Positions 40,743 through 50,729 of a stretch of 64,000 nt of DNA are shown in pieces. Within the stretch, counting starts at the first letter, position 1, and every line of letters begins with the position of its first letter. Both the position numbers and the translations under genes were made by a program. The stretch comes from Candidatus Hydrogenedentota bacterium (GTDB lineage Bacteria > Hydrogenedentota > Hydrogenedentia > Hydrogenedentales > JAEUWI01), in assembly GCA_034669905.1 (NCBI GenBank), contig JAXMOL010000018.1, forward strand, positions 1 to 64,000, read 5' to 3'. The notes below the pieces were generated by a model that did no database searches, was not told the DNA's origin, and saw only the letters and a list, made by a program, of their open reading frames with translations.

Positions 40743-41891
40743 CTAACTCTTGGCGGGATCAGGTGTCGGCTTCGGATGGCTTGGGAATGGCGGGCGTTGG
40801 AGATCTTCCTGTAAGGATGTGCCCTTGACTACGTGATCGGCCACCTCCAAGAGCACCGTAAAATCCTCTGCCAGTTGGTCGTGGTTGCCTTCGCGAAAAT
40901 GGATCAGGTTGTTCTGCGGTGCCCCCAGGAAATCGAAGACGGGCTGGGCACCCAGCCAGGCCCGCTGCGTGCCGGGGGGATTGCACCATTGATCGCCAAA
41001 GGCGTCGGTGCTGAGGATGACACGGGGCGCCACCAGGGCACGGAGAAAGTGTTGGTCAAAGGGCAACGCATTTTCCCGGTCCCCAAACTGGCCGAAGTCC
41101 GCGTGAAACCAACTCTTGAAACGACTGGCGCGGGTAATGAGCTCCAGGGTCTCCACGCCCTTGGGCGGATCGCGAAACAACGCCGCGCCGCCACACCCCG
41201 AGCCATTGGGTACGACGAGTGCAAAGCGCTCGTCCAGTGCACCGGCGAGAAGCGCGGCCTTACCCGTGCGGGAGTGGCCGGTAATGGCCGCCTTATTTGC
41301 ATCGAAACGGTCGTCTCGCTCCACGTAGTCCATCACGCGTGAAGCACACCAGGACCATACGGCGACACTCGCCCAATCGTAATCGGGGTAAGCGGCCTGG
41401 GCCGGGCCCACCTCGTCATGTCCTTCGGTGTCCGGGTCCAGACTGGTCTGTTCGAAGCACACGAAGGCATAGCCCCGTTCGTTGGCTGCCGGGGCGTGTT
41501 CGCCGCCCAGGCCAAAGCGGAGGATGACCGGGAGGGGGGCGGAGGCGTCAGACGGGGTATAGACATGGACCGTTGTGCGGAGAGACTTTTCCGGCCCAAA
41601 GGCCAGACGAAGGGACTCGAAGTGGCTGGCGTCATCGAATCGCGTTCCAGATTCCAAGGTTTCAGCCCGGAAGACGTTCCCCGGCGCAGGGGGCATGTGG
41701 CCGTATTCGTACTGCGATATGGACGCAATGATTTCCCTGCGCCGCTCACCCCATTCCTCGGTGGTAGTTACGCGTCGGCCATCTTCGAATTGAAAGGGAT
41801 CGGGAAGGCTGGATACTTCCGTAAGGGCTGCTGCTGCCGTGTATTCCGCATTGGCGAGGCTCATTGCAAGAGCGATGAGAAGAATTTTCAC
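40743..41891 (-). CDS. Secreted alpha/beta hydrolase, CE15 (glucuronoyl esterase)-like
   Basis: LPDPF, GHSRTGKAAL nucleophile elbow, SGCGGAA, LPFDQH..RALVAPR. Confidence 0.85.
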   Translation of the reverse strand: MKILLIALAMSLANAEYTAAAALTEVSSLPDPFQFEDGRRVTTTEEWGERRREIIASISQYEYGHMPPAPGNVFRAETLESGTRFDDASHFESLRLAFGPEKSLRTTVHVYTPSDASAPLPVILRFGLGGEHAPAANERGYAFVCFEQTSLDPDTEGHDEVGPAQAAYPDYDWASVAVWSWCASRVMDYVERDDRFDANKAAITGHSRTGKAALLAGALDERFALVVPNGSGCGGAALFRDPPKGVETLELITRASRFKSWFHADFGQFGDRENALPFDQHFLRALVAPRVILSTDAFGDQWCNPPGTQRAWLGAQPVFDFLGAPQNNLIHFREGNHDQLAEDFTVLLEVADHVVKGTSLQEDLQRPPFPSHPKPTPDPAKS

Positions 41892-41999
41892 TGCTTACTC
41901 CAAGAATGCATTGTTTCGTTTTTGCTTGTGACGACCGTCTTCCGGCGTCACCTATATCCTGCCGCTACGGCGGCAATTCGCCCCGCTCCTTAACCCAAT

Positions 42000-43445
42000 C
42001 TACGCAATGATTTCCTTAATTACGTGACCGTGAACATCTGTCAGGCGCCGGTCGATGCCGTTGTTTAATACGGTCAGCCGTTCGTGGTCGATGCCCAAGA
42101 GGTGGAGCACGGTGGCGTGGAGGTCGTAGCCGTAGGTCACGTCTTCCTGGGCCTTGTAAGACCACTCATCACTGGCCCCGTGGACCGCCCCGCCCTTGAT
42201 GCCGCCGCCCGCGAGCCACGAAGTAAAGGTGAAGGGGTTGTGGTCCCGGCCTGCACTACCCTGACTGCAGGGCATGCGTCCGAATTCGGTGGTCCAGATG
42301 ACGATGGTGTCGTCGAGCATGCCCCGTGATTTCAGATCCTTGAGCAAGGCCGCAGCAGGACGGTCCATGCTGGCCGCCATTTCGCCGTGATCCTTTTCGA
42401 GGTCTTCATGGGAATCCCAGTTGCGCCGCGGGAAGGCGTTGTCGGCACCACTCCATACCTGGACAAAACGGGTGCCCCGTTCAAGGAGACGCCGGGCCAC
42501 CAGACAGTTGCGGCCGAAATCCTCGGTCACAGGATTGTCGAGGCCATAGAGTTTCTTCGTGGCGTCCGTTTCCCCTTTCAGATCGAGTACTTCCGGGGCG
42601 GTGACCTGTAGGCGGGCAGCGAGTTCGTAGCTCTGAATCCGTGCGTCCAGCCGTGAATCCCCTTCCCGTTCGGCCATGTGCATCTTGTTCAGCGCCGCCA
42701 ATACGTCCAGGCCCTTCGCGTCGTTTTCTGGTGTAACGTATTCGTCCGCGGGGGGGAAGAGGTCGGCGATGGGATTCTTCTTAGCGGGGTGAATCAACGT
42801 GCCCTGGTGATTGGAGGGCAGGAAACCGGGCCCCCAGTTTTTCGGGCCGCCGGGACCAAAGCCACGGGCGTCGGGCAAGACCACGAAGGTGGGGAGGTTG
42901 TCCGTCTCGCTGCCCAGGCCATAACTGATCCAGGAGCCGATGCTCGGAAATCCAGGTAAGAGGAAACCCGTGGTCTGCATGAAGGTGGCGGGACCGTGGA
43001 CGTTGGACTTGGCGACCATGGCGGGCAGAAAGGCCATGTCGTCCACACAATCGGCCAGGTGGGGGACCAGGCCACTCATCCACTTGCCACTTTCGCCATA
43101 TTGCTTCCATTCCCACGGCGACGGCATGACGACGCCCGCTTCACTCTGGAAGAGTTCCACCTTGCCGCCCGGGTCGAAGGGCTCTCCCGCGCGCTTGATG
43201 AGTTCGGGTTTGTAGTCGAACGTGTCACACTGGCTTGCCGCGCCCGACATGAAGAGCTGGATGACCCGCTTGGCCTTCGGGGCGTGATGAAGGCCATCCG
43301 GAAAGGCGGGTGTGGCGCTGGCCAGCCTGCCCTCCCGATTGAGGAGATGGGCGAGGGCAATGCCGCCGAGACCGCCGCCGGAATGCCATAAAAATTCCCG
43401 GCGGCTCATGGGGCGGGTGGGGCGATGTTGTGATTTGCATTTCAT
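42000..43445 (-). CDS. DUF1501 protein (Tat-exported)
   Basis: SRREFL twin-Arg; FMSGAASQCDTFDYKP, TEFGRMP, GRDHNP, RLTDVHG. Confidence 0.9.
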   Translation of the reverse strand: MKCKSQHRPTRPMSRREFLWHSGGGLGGIALAHLLNREGRLASATPAFPDGLHHAPKAKRVIQLFMSGAASQCDTFDYKPELIKRAGEPFDPGGKVELFQSEAGVVMPSPWEWKQYGESGKWMSGLVPHLADCVDDMAFLPAMVAKSNVHGPATFMQTTGFLLPGFPSIGSWISYGLGSETDNLPTFVVLPDARGFGPGGPKNWGPGFLPSNHQGTLIHPAKKNPIADLFPPADEYVTPENDAKGLDVLAALNKMHMAEREGDSRLDARIQSYELAARLQVTAPEVLDLKGETDATKKLYGLDNPVTEDFGRNCLVARRLLERGTRFVQVWSGADNAFPRRNWDSHEDLEKDHGEMAASMDRPAAALLKDLKSRGMLDDTIVIWTTEFGRMPCSQGSAGRDHNPFTFTSWLAGGGIKGGAVHGASDEWSYKAQEDVTYGYDLHATVLHLLGIDHERLTVLNNGIDRRLTDVHGHVIKEIIA

Positions 43446-43503
43446 ACTATTGAAATCTCACGTTGTTAGGGTAAAGTCGGGGGGGCGCCTGTAAAAAATC
43501 TTT

Positions 43504-43631
43504 CACCACGAAGTACACGAAGGAGGAGAGAGGGCGATAAGACCATATCTCTGCCATGAGATTGCAGGTGTTCGTTTATTCTAAACGGATTTTCTCTTTC
43601 CTTCATTTCTTTCTTCGTGTTCTTCGTGGTG
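43504..43631. repeat. MITE/REP-like element with CACCACGAAG-ACACGAAG inverted ends
   Basis: caccacgaagtacacgaag (43504-43522) versus cttcgtgttcttcgtggtg (43613-43631), 18/19 complementary. Confidence 0.75.
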
Positions 43632-43642
43632 CAGTCTCTCTT

Positions 43643-46600
43643 TTAATCCACAAACACGAACTCGTTACTATTCAATATCAACCGACACGTCGCTGCCATC
43701 CCATATTCCTCCGCGTAAGGTACCAGCGTAGACAATTCGTCTTTCGTCGGGGCGCGGTTGAGGGCGAGTTGGAAGCTTTTCTGAATCTGTTTCGGTACGG
43801 TGTGGGCTTCTTTCGCAACGCGCTCGGCAAAGAAGGCCGCCTGCCGTACCGTGGTCGGATTGTTCATCAGGGCCAGCGCCTGGATCGCCGTCAGGGTTTC
43901 ATTCCGAACAGGAACGCTCTGGGACGGGTCCGCGCAATCCATACTCGCCATGAAGGGATCGGGCACGCTCCGCACCACGAAGCGGTAGATGGAGCGGCGA
44001 AAGCCTGCGGGATCGGCGGGGTCGTATTCCGCATACTTGTAGCGCGGCGAATGGTCATCCTCGAAGACGAACAAGTCCACGCCCGGTCCACCCATGGCGA
44101 GATCAAGCTTGCCACTCACCGCGAGGATGGCGTCGCGCAACGCCTCGGCCTCCAACTGGTGCCGGTTCATCTTCCAGAGATACTGGTTGCCTCCGTCGAT
44201 GGTGGCAAAAGCTTCATTAAAGAGGGCCGCCTGGCGGTAGGTCGCGCTGGTCACGATTTCACGGTGCAGCCACTTGAGGGACTGACCATTTTCCAGGAAG
44301 GCCGTCGCGAGCCAGTCGAGGAGTTCGGGGTGGGTCGGCGGTGCGCCCATGCGACCGAAGTCATTGGGCGTGCTCACGATGCCCTGACCAAAGTGATAGT
44401 GCCAGACCCGATTCACGATGGAGCGCCAGGTCAGGGCGTTCTCTTCCCGGGTAAGCCAGGTGGCCAGGGCGGCGCGACGTGCCGATTCCTCATGGCCTTC
44501 CGGCAACTCAAAGCGACTTTCCATGCCGGGCAAACAGCCCACAGTGCCGGGGGACATGAGGGGGCCGGGAGTCTTTTCGCTACCCCGCTCCAGCAGGGGA
44601 ATGGGGCGTATCTTTCCGGGCGGCGCAAAGTTTCCGATGCGGGCGTACTGGTCGGTGGCCGCATAGACTTTCTTCGGTTCGGGCAGGGCCTCCCAGGCGG
44701 CGTTGGCCTGATTGAGTGCCACCGTGTTTTCCCGATACGCCTTTCGTTCGCCTTCCGGAAGCATATTCATTTTGATGGCGTCGCGTTCTTTTTTCAGGAC
44801 CGCCACCATGGCCTGGAAGGACTCACCGAGGGTTTTCTTAGGATCCCCGTCGGAGATCGCCCCGATGCGATGGTGACTGTCAAAACCATCTACCAGGTTC
44901 TTCGTGTGCCACCGGCCCCGGTCGATGCTGTCCATCGCGGTGACGGCCCCATCCCGGGCCACGTTTTTTCCGCCGCTGTAGACTTCCATCTCGGCGAGGG
45001 CGAAGACATAGTCATTCACCCGTTTCCAGAGCCGCGTGGCGGTCATGCGCACATAGCGGGCCTCCACCTGGGCGCCGTCTATGGTGAACGGTCGGTCGGT
45101 CCGGGCCGGATGATCTTCCTGGGTCTGATCCAAGAGGATTGTCGGGTTGCTGAAATCTTCCGTTAAGGATGTTTCCACCTTGAATCGAATCGGGAAGCCA
45201 AATCCTGGCGTGTCCGTGAAATCTACCGGACGGGCCGAAATCAGACGAATGCGCTCCAGCGGCATGGCCTGTCCCAAATCAACCTGTACCCACTTGGTAC
45301 GGTCCGGTTCCGATTCGATGGCGCTATGGTAGCCGTTCGTCGGACTGCCTTTCTGGCCAAGTTGCTTCAGCCGGGCTTCCAGCGGCTTCAATCCTTCCTC
45401 GATGGCCTCAAGTTCGGGCGAGGTCAAGGCCGCCAACTGCTCGCGGTAGCGTTCATCGATTGCGCTGAGGCGTTCCCGTTCCTTAATCAGCGACTGGCGT
45501 TGCTTGTGGACCTCCGGGTCTTCGTCGTAGAAACGGTCGGCACGGTCGATGCCAGCGAAGACGGCCTGAAGGCTGTAGTAGTCCGATTGCTTGATGGGGT
45601 CGAACTTGTGATCGTGGCACCGCGCGCAGCCCACGGTAAGACTGTTCACCGTGGCCATAACCGTGCTCACCATGTCGTCCCGGTCCAGGTTTCGGGCTAT
45701 CTTCTTGTCCAGGGTGCCTTCGCGCAGCTCCACATGGCCCACAAAATCCCAAGGGCCTGCGGCGAGGAAACCGAGTGCGACGGTGGCCTGCGGCTCATCC
45801 GGGAAGAGGGTGTCCCCGGCGATTTGCTCACGAATGAATCGACCGTACGGTTTATCTTCGTTGAGGGCGTTGATGACATAGTCACGGTAGGGCCAGGCAT
45901 TGTCCCGGCGCTTGTCCTTGTCGTAGCCGTGGGTATCACCATAGTGGACCACATCGAGCCAGTGCCGCGCCCACCGTTCGCCATAGCGGGGGGAGGCCAG
46001 CAGGCGGTTTACAAGCTGTTCGTAGGCGTCGGGCCGTTCATCCGCCAGAAAGTCAGCCACTTCCTCTGGAGTAGGGGGCAGGCCCGTGAGGTCGAAAGTG
46101 ACTCGGCGTATCAAGGTGCGCCGATCCGCTTCGGGCGCCGGTTCGAGGCCCCGGGCTTGTTGGGCCCGTCGAATAAATCGGTCAATAGCGTTACGGGACC
46201 AGGTGTCAGTCTGCGTTTCGGGTACCGGTGGTTTCGCAAGGGGTTCGAAGGCCCAATGTCCCTGCCAGGTGGCGCCCTCTTCAATCCAACGGGTAAGCAG
46301 GGTCTTTTCTTCGGGAGTCAGTTGCTTCACGCTCTCGGTGGGAGGCATCTGCTCGTCGACATCACTCGTCGTGATGCGGGTGTGGAGCGCGCTCTTCAGC
46401 ACGTCTCCCGGCACCACCGCGACGTTTCCCGATTTCAACGCCGCAAAAAGACCTTCTTTCGTATCCAGTCGTAGGCCTGCTTTACGCTCTTCGGGGTCTG
46501 GCCCGTGGCAGGTAAAACATTTTGATGATAAAACAGGGAGGACGTCCTGCGAATAACTGACAGGTCCCTCGTTGGCCCCGGCCCCGGCGCTCCAGAGGCC

Positions 46601-46648
46601 GCCTAGTACGGCCACAGCCGACAAACGATATAGTATGCGAGTAATCAG
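43643..46648 (-). CDS. PSCyt1 + DUF1549 + F5/8-type (discoidin-like) insert + DUF1553 protein; probable CTG start (TTG 46624 is the alternative)
   Basis: CFTCHG, CARCHDH, GERWARHWLD, KWVQVDLG insert, PTHPELLDWLA. Confidence 0.88.
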   Translation of the reverse strand: MITRILYRLSAVAVLGGLWSAGAGANEGPVSYSQDVLPVLSSKCFTCHGPDPEERKAGLRLDTKEGLFAALKSGNVAVVPGDVLKSALHTRITTSDVDEQMPPTESVKQLTPEEKTLLTRWIEEGATWQGHWAFEPLAKPPVPETQTDTWSRNAIDRFIRRAQQARGLEPAPEADRRTLIRRVTFDLTGLPPTPEEVADFLADERPDAYEQLVNRLLASPRYGERWARHWLDVVHYGDTHGYDKDKRRDNAWPYRDYVINALNEDKPYGRFIREQIAGDTLFPDEPQATVALGFLAAGPWDFVGHVELREGTLDKKIARNLDRDDMVSTVMATVNSLTVGCARCHDHKFDPIKQSDYYSLQAVFAGIDRADRFYDEDPEVHKQRQSLIKERERLSAIDERYREQLAALTSPELEAIEEGLKPLEARLKQLGQKGSPTNGYHSAIESEPDRTKWVQVDLGQAMPLERIRLISARPVDFTDTPGFGFPIRFKVETSLTEDFSNPTILLDQTQEDHPARTDRPFTIDGAQVEARYVRMTATRLWKRVNDYVFALAEMEVYSGGKNVARDGAVTAMDSIDRGRWHTKNLVDGFDSHHRIGAISDGDPKKTLGESFQAMVAVLKKERDAIKMNMLPEGERKAYRENTVALNQANAAWEALPEPKKVYAATDQYARIGNFAPPGKIRPIPLLERGSEKTPGPLMSPGTVGCLPGMESRFELPEGHEESARRAALATWLTREENALTWRSIVNRVWHYHFGQGIVSTPNDFGRMGAPPTHPELLDWLATAFLENGQSLKWLHREIVTSATYRQAALFNEAFATIDGGNQYLWKMNRHQLEAEALRDAILAVSGKLDLAMGGPGVDLFVFEDDHSPRYKYAEYDPADPAGFRRSIYRFVVRSVPDPFMASMDCADPSQSVPVRNETLTAIQALALMNNPTTVRQAAFFAERVAKEAHTVPKQIQKSFQLALNRAPTKDELSTLVPYAEEYGMAATCRLILNSNEFVFVD

Positions 46649-46867
46649 TGTACAAACTCCCGACGTTTAAGCTACCCCCCAATATACACCGGGCGCGGTG
46701 AGGGTTCAAAAGGGATCTGCCGCAAATGTTGGTAACGAAAGTGGGGGGGGCGGTGGAAGTGGCGCCCAAGCCACAGTTTGTCCTGTACGAGGGGCTCGGG
46801 CTACCATGGCGGACAGGAGTGGCGGTCACGAAGCACCAATCACGTCGCGCAAACGGGAGCCCATTAA

Positions 46868-49800
46868 ATGTTACGGATCATTCTGCTCATCGCACTGGGC
46901 CTGTGCCCACTCAATCTGGCTTTCGGCGAATATACCACCGGCGCCGAGCGTCTCGAGTCCGAGCATGAGCTCTCCATGGAATACGAAACGCCCCACACCC
47001 AATGGGCCAAGCCCTATGCCCAGGGCACGACGCGGGTGCTCTTCATTGCACCCTACTACCAGGGCAGCACCGAAGGCCGTGAGATCATCGAGCTCATGCA
47101 GCGCTTCGATCTGGAGGCGGATGTGGCCTATTTTCAGCGGGGCCCCAACCGCCTGCTGGGCGATGGTAATACCCGGTGGTATGTCACCGATGCTGTCGGG
47201 ACCGAGCGGGTGCTGCGCTTGTTGGAAAAGCCCTACGAGGTCATCTTCCTGAATCAGGTGGCGTTGACCGAGTTGAACGATCTGGTTAAAGCTGCATTGA
47301 CGAAGGCGGTGGAACAGGGCACCGGACTGGTCTATGTCGGTAAGGAAGAGGTGTGGGCTCCCGGGACGCTCGCTCCGGTGGACCATGGGATCGCCGTGCG
47401 CGATGCGCAGACATTTGCCACCTGCGGAAGCGGCCGTGTGGTGCATCTGGCGCCACGCGAAAAGATAGACTTTGAGTATGGCTGGGAACGGGCCGTAGAT
47501 CGGGCCATGGAGCAACATGGACGGGCTCTCCTTTGGGCCGCCGACCGATATCCGGATGCCCAACTTCAATTCGTGCGATTGGATCCGACGGAGGCCGCGA
47601 AAGCGCTATTGCACACCGGCCAAGGACAGCGCCTCCCGGAGGTCCTGCTGAGTCTTTCCTGGTCAGACGTGCCCGATGGTAGTCGATTGGTGGTGAAGAT
47701 ACGTGATGCAACGGGTGTGGTCGACGAGTGGGTCGAACAGCGTGTTTCGGCGTCTGGCGACCTTTCCCTGCCTCACCCCCAATCCTTTGCGCGGGACCAC
47801 TACATTGATGCGACCCTTTGGCGAGACGGTAAAATAGAAGCCTGGGCGTCGTTCGATCTTCCCGCAGTGCCGGGACGTATTCAGGGAAACCTGACCCTGA
47901 CGGCAGACGCCGTGGAATTGGGCGGTAACGTCGCGGGGGCCTTCCAAGTCTCGGAGGTGGGGCCGGGTGGCCGACTTCAGCTTCGTTTGTTGGACCGTGA
48001 AAACCGTAGCATTTCGGAGCAGTTTTTCACCGTGGCCCGAGAGGAATCTATTCCCTTCTCGTTCGAGGTGAAGCCCTGGTTTCCCATGTTGCTGTGGGTC
48101 GAGGCAATCGTATATCACGGAGACGCTGAGGAGCAGGTACTTCGAGTGCCCGTCCGCATTACCCAGCGCAAGCAAGACCAGTTCAACCTCATCATGTGGA
48201 ACGTGCCCACCGGCGATCTTGCCCCTTACGGCATCGAGCGCATGGCCCAGCTCGGCGTGACCTCCATCCTTCAGGGTGGCCCGCCACCCCTTGCCCTGTC
48301 GGCCAGCAACCTCACCTATGTACCCTACGTGACCAGCTTTCGCGCCAGCAGCCACACCGTCACGGCCATGCTCGATGACGAAGGCATTCTAAAGACCGGC
48401 TGTGTCCACGATGAGGAGGCCATGGCAAAACACGTGGCGGAGGTCGTGGCCCGCGCCCGGGAAGCCCGGGAACATGGCACCTACGTCTACTCTCTCGGTG
48501 ACGAAAACGCCGTGCGGGCCTCCTGTCTCGGCCCCCATTGTCTCACTGCCTATCGTGGATACCTTCAGCATATCTATGGCGACATCAAGGCCCTCAACGC
48601 TTCCTGGGATTCAGACTTCGGCAGCTTCGACGACATCACCCTTATGGCCGACACGCCCCTGCCTGCTGAGGATGCGCCCCGGTGGTTCAAGGAATACTTC
48701 GCCCAGCGCACCCTCAAAAACCAGACCGACTCGGAGACTTCCGGCGAAGAACAGATTCGTATGGGCGACATCAACGATGAGATTCGCGCGCTGCAGGAAG
48801 AAAACTATGCCCGCTGGTATGACCGCCAGGCCTTCCAAAGTTGGACCTACGTCCAGTGGTGCAAACGCTTCATCAAGGCCTTCCGGGAAATCGATCCCCA
48901 TTCCCTTACAGGCTTCGAGGGCACGGACAGCTTTTCGATTCGGCGACTGACTACCCGCTCCCGCCAGGGTGGCGACCTCGACCTCTTCATGCGGGAAATG
49001 GAGTACTTCGGGCCCTACCGTGGCCCCGCCAACGAAGTGACCCGCTCTCTCGCCAAGCCGGGCTTTCCCGCGGGCAACTGGATTGGCTACAGTCGGGACC
49101 CCGACGTCCTCCTGATGAATTACTGGAAACAGGTCCTGGACAATATGTGCGCCGTCCAGTGGTGGCGCTGGGACAACATGGGGGAAGAGTACCAGCCCTT
49201 TCTTGCGCCCACCCTGTCGCCCATTGGCGCGGGGAAGGAGTTCATGGAAGACACCCGCGTCATTCGTGAGGGCCTCGGCGATCTTCTCATGCACTACACC
49301 ATGGAGACCCACCAAATCGCCATGCTCTACAGCATGCCCTCCACCCACATCGCCCACTTCGATGGTAACCGGAGCTACGGAAACCTCAGTCGGGACCATG
49401 ACCGCTGGCACGAGGCCATCCATAACGCGGGGCTCCAGTTCGACTACGTGACTGACCGCCAACTACGTCTTGGCGAGTTTGATGCCTCGAAATACAAGGT
49501 CCTTATTTTGGCCGAAGCCTTCGCCCTCGGTGAAAAAGAAGCGGCGGTCATCCGCGACTTCGTGGCGAAGGGCGGCACGGTCATTGCCGACGTGCGCCCC
49601 GGTATCTACTCGGATCGCTGCAAGCCCTATGAGGCCGGCATCCTCGACGCGCTCTTCGGCGTCAAGCGCACCGGGAAGCAGGACGCCATGGCCATCGACC
49701 GAATGCGTATCCAAGGTTCCCTTAACGATACGGATGTGTATATGGAGTGGGGGAACTGGTATGGCAAAAACGTCTACCCCCAGATGCACGTGGACCCGAC

Positions 49801-50641
49801 GGTCGCGCTTAGCACCGGCGAAGCCCTGGGCTGGGCCTTTCCCATTCACTACCACGGCGGACTCAAGCACCCCGCGGGGATCGTGAACGCCCACGGCAAG
49901 GGCAAGGCAATCCTGCTGAATTTCTCGGTGTATCAGGCTCCCTTTGATTCCCTCCTGCGGGAACTCCTCGCGGCCAGTGGCGTCCGCCCGACCATCCAGG
50001 TTCGCGACAGGGAAACGGTGGCGTTGGCATCGCCCCAATTTGCCGGTAGAAACGATGGCGAAGTAGAGGTTGCGACGCCTGTTTTCAGCGCGGACGAAGC
50101 CGCCCAGCATCCCTCCGGCGTGGAAGTGACCCTGTGGCGTGACGGTGACACCGAACTCCTCGCCCTACTCAGCGAACACACGGGCGACGTCACCGTAACC
50201 CTGCCTGAAGGGCGCTACGTCTACGACATCAAAGCGAACAAGCATATGGGCTTGACCGAGACCTTCACTGTACCTCTGCAGAAATCGCGGGCTCGTTTGT
50301 ATGCCCTGCTACCGGAAGCCGTAACGGATGTGGTCATAGATTTTTCGGTGCCGAAGGATGAGGGCGGCATGACGAGAAAGGTGGGTATTTCGGTGCCCGA
50401 CATGTCCGGTGCAGGCGTGGTGCAGCTCACCCTCCGCCAACCCGATGGAAGCCCCGCTCCCTGGATGCCGAATCGTGTGTTGACCGAAAATGGCGTGGGT
50501 ACGGTGACCATTCCCTTCGGGATAAACCCGGCGAAAGGCACCTGGGTCCTCGAGACGACTGATCTCCTCTCGGGCGTGACGGCGACCAGAAAGATTGACT
50601 TGGAGGATGTAGCGTCGGGTGGTGCCTCGGGGCCGAACTAG
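46868..50641 (+). CDS. Large secreted GH42/beta-galactosidase-like protein with trimerisation (GATase-like) domain
   Basis: Signal peptide; ETPHTQWAKP; YSLGDE; AYRGYLQHIYGDIKALNASW; YKVLIL...IRDFVAKGGTVIAD. Confidence 0.75.
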   Translation: MLRIILLIALGLCPLNLAFGEYTTGAERLESEHELSMEYETPHTQWAKPYAQGTTRVLFIAPYYQGSTEGREIIELMQRFDLEADVAYFQRGPNRLLGDGNTRWYVTDAVGTERVLRLLEKPYEVIFLNQVALTELNDLVKAALTKAVEQGTGLVYVGKEEVWAPGTLAPVDHGIAVRDAQTFATCGSGRVVHLAPREKIDFEYGWERAVDRAMEQHGRALLWAADRYPDAQLQFVRLDPTEAAKALLHTGQGQRLPEVLLSLSWSDVPDGSRLVVKIRDATGVVDEWVEQRVSASGDLSLPHPQSFARDHYIDATLWRDGKIEAWASFDLPAVPGRIQGNLTLTADAVELGGNVAGAFQVSEVGPGGRLQLRLLDRENRSISEQFFTVAREESIPFSFEVKPWFPMLLWVEAIVYHGDAEEQVLRVPVRITQRKQDQFNLIMWNVPTGDLAPYGIERMAQLGVTSILQGGPPPLALSASNLTYVPYVTSFRASSHTVTAMLDDEGILKTGCVHDEEAMAKHVAEVVARAREAREHGTYVYSLGDENAVRASCLGPHCLTAYRGYLQHIYGDIKALNASWDSDFGSFDDITLMADTPLPAEDAPRWFKEYFAQRTLKNQTDSETSGEEQIRMGDINDEIRALQEENYARWYDRQAFQSWTYVQWCKRFIKAFREIDPHSLTGFEGTDSFSIRRLTTRSRQGGDLDLFMREMEYFGPYRGPANEVTRSLAKPGFPAGNWIGYSRDPDVLLMNYWKQVLDNMCAVQWWRWDNMGEEYQPFLAPTLSPIGAGKEFMEDTRVIREGLGDLLMHYTMETHQIAMLYSMPSTHIAHFDGNRSYGNLSRDHDRWHEAIHNAGLQFDYVTDRQLRLGEFDASKYKVLILAEAFALGEKEAAVIRDFVAKGGTVIADVRPGIYSDRCKPYEAGILDALFGVKRTGKQDAMAIDRMRIQGSLNDTDVYMEWGNWYGKNVYPQMHVDPTVALSTGEALGWAFPIHYHGGLKHPAGIVNAHGKGKAILLNFSVYQAPFDSLLRELLAASGVRPTIQVRDRETVALASPQFAGRNDGEVEVATPVFSADEAAQHPSGVEVTLWRDGDTELLALLSEHTGDVTVTLPEGRYVYDIKANKHMGLTETFTVPLQKSRARLYALLPEAVTDVVIDFSVPKDEGGMTRKVGISVPDMSGAGVVQLTLRQPDGSPAPWMPNRVLTENGVGTVTIPFGINPAKGTWVLETTDLLSGVTATRKIDLEDVASGGASGPN

Positions 50642-50729
50642 ATTGCATGGGTCTCTTGGGTCCACCTCGTCCACTCGGCCCACCGCCTCAGAGAGGGCGA
50701 CGCCTCCGATGGACACCGTGCCCCGTGTG

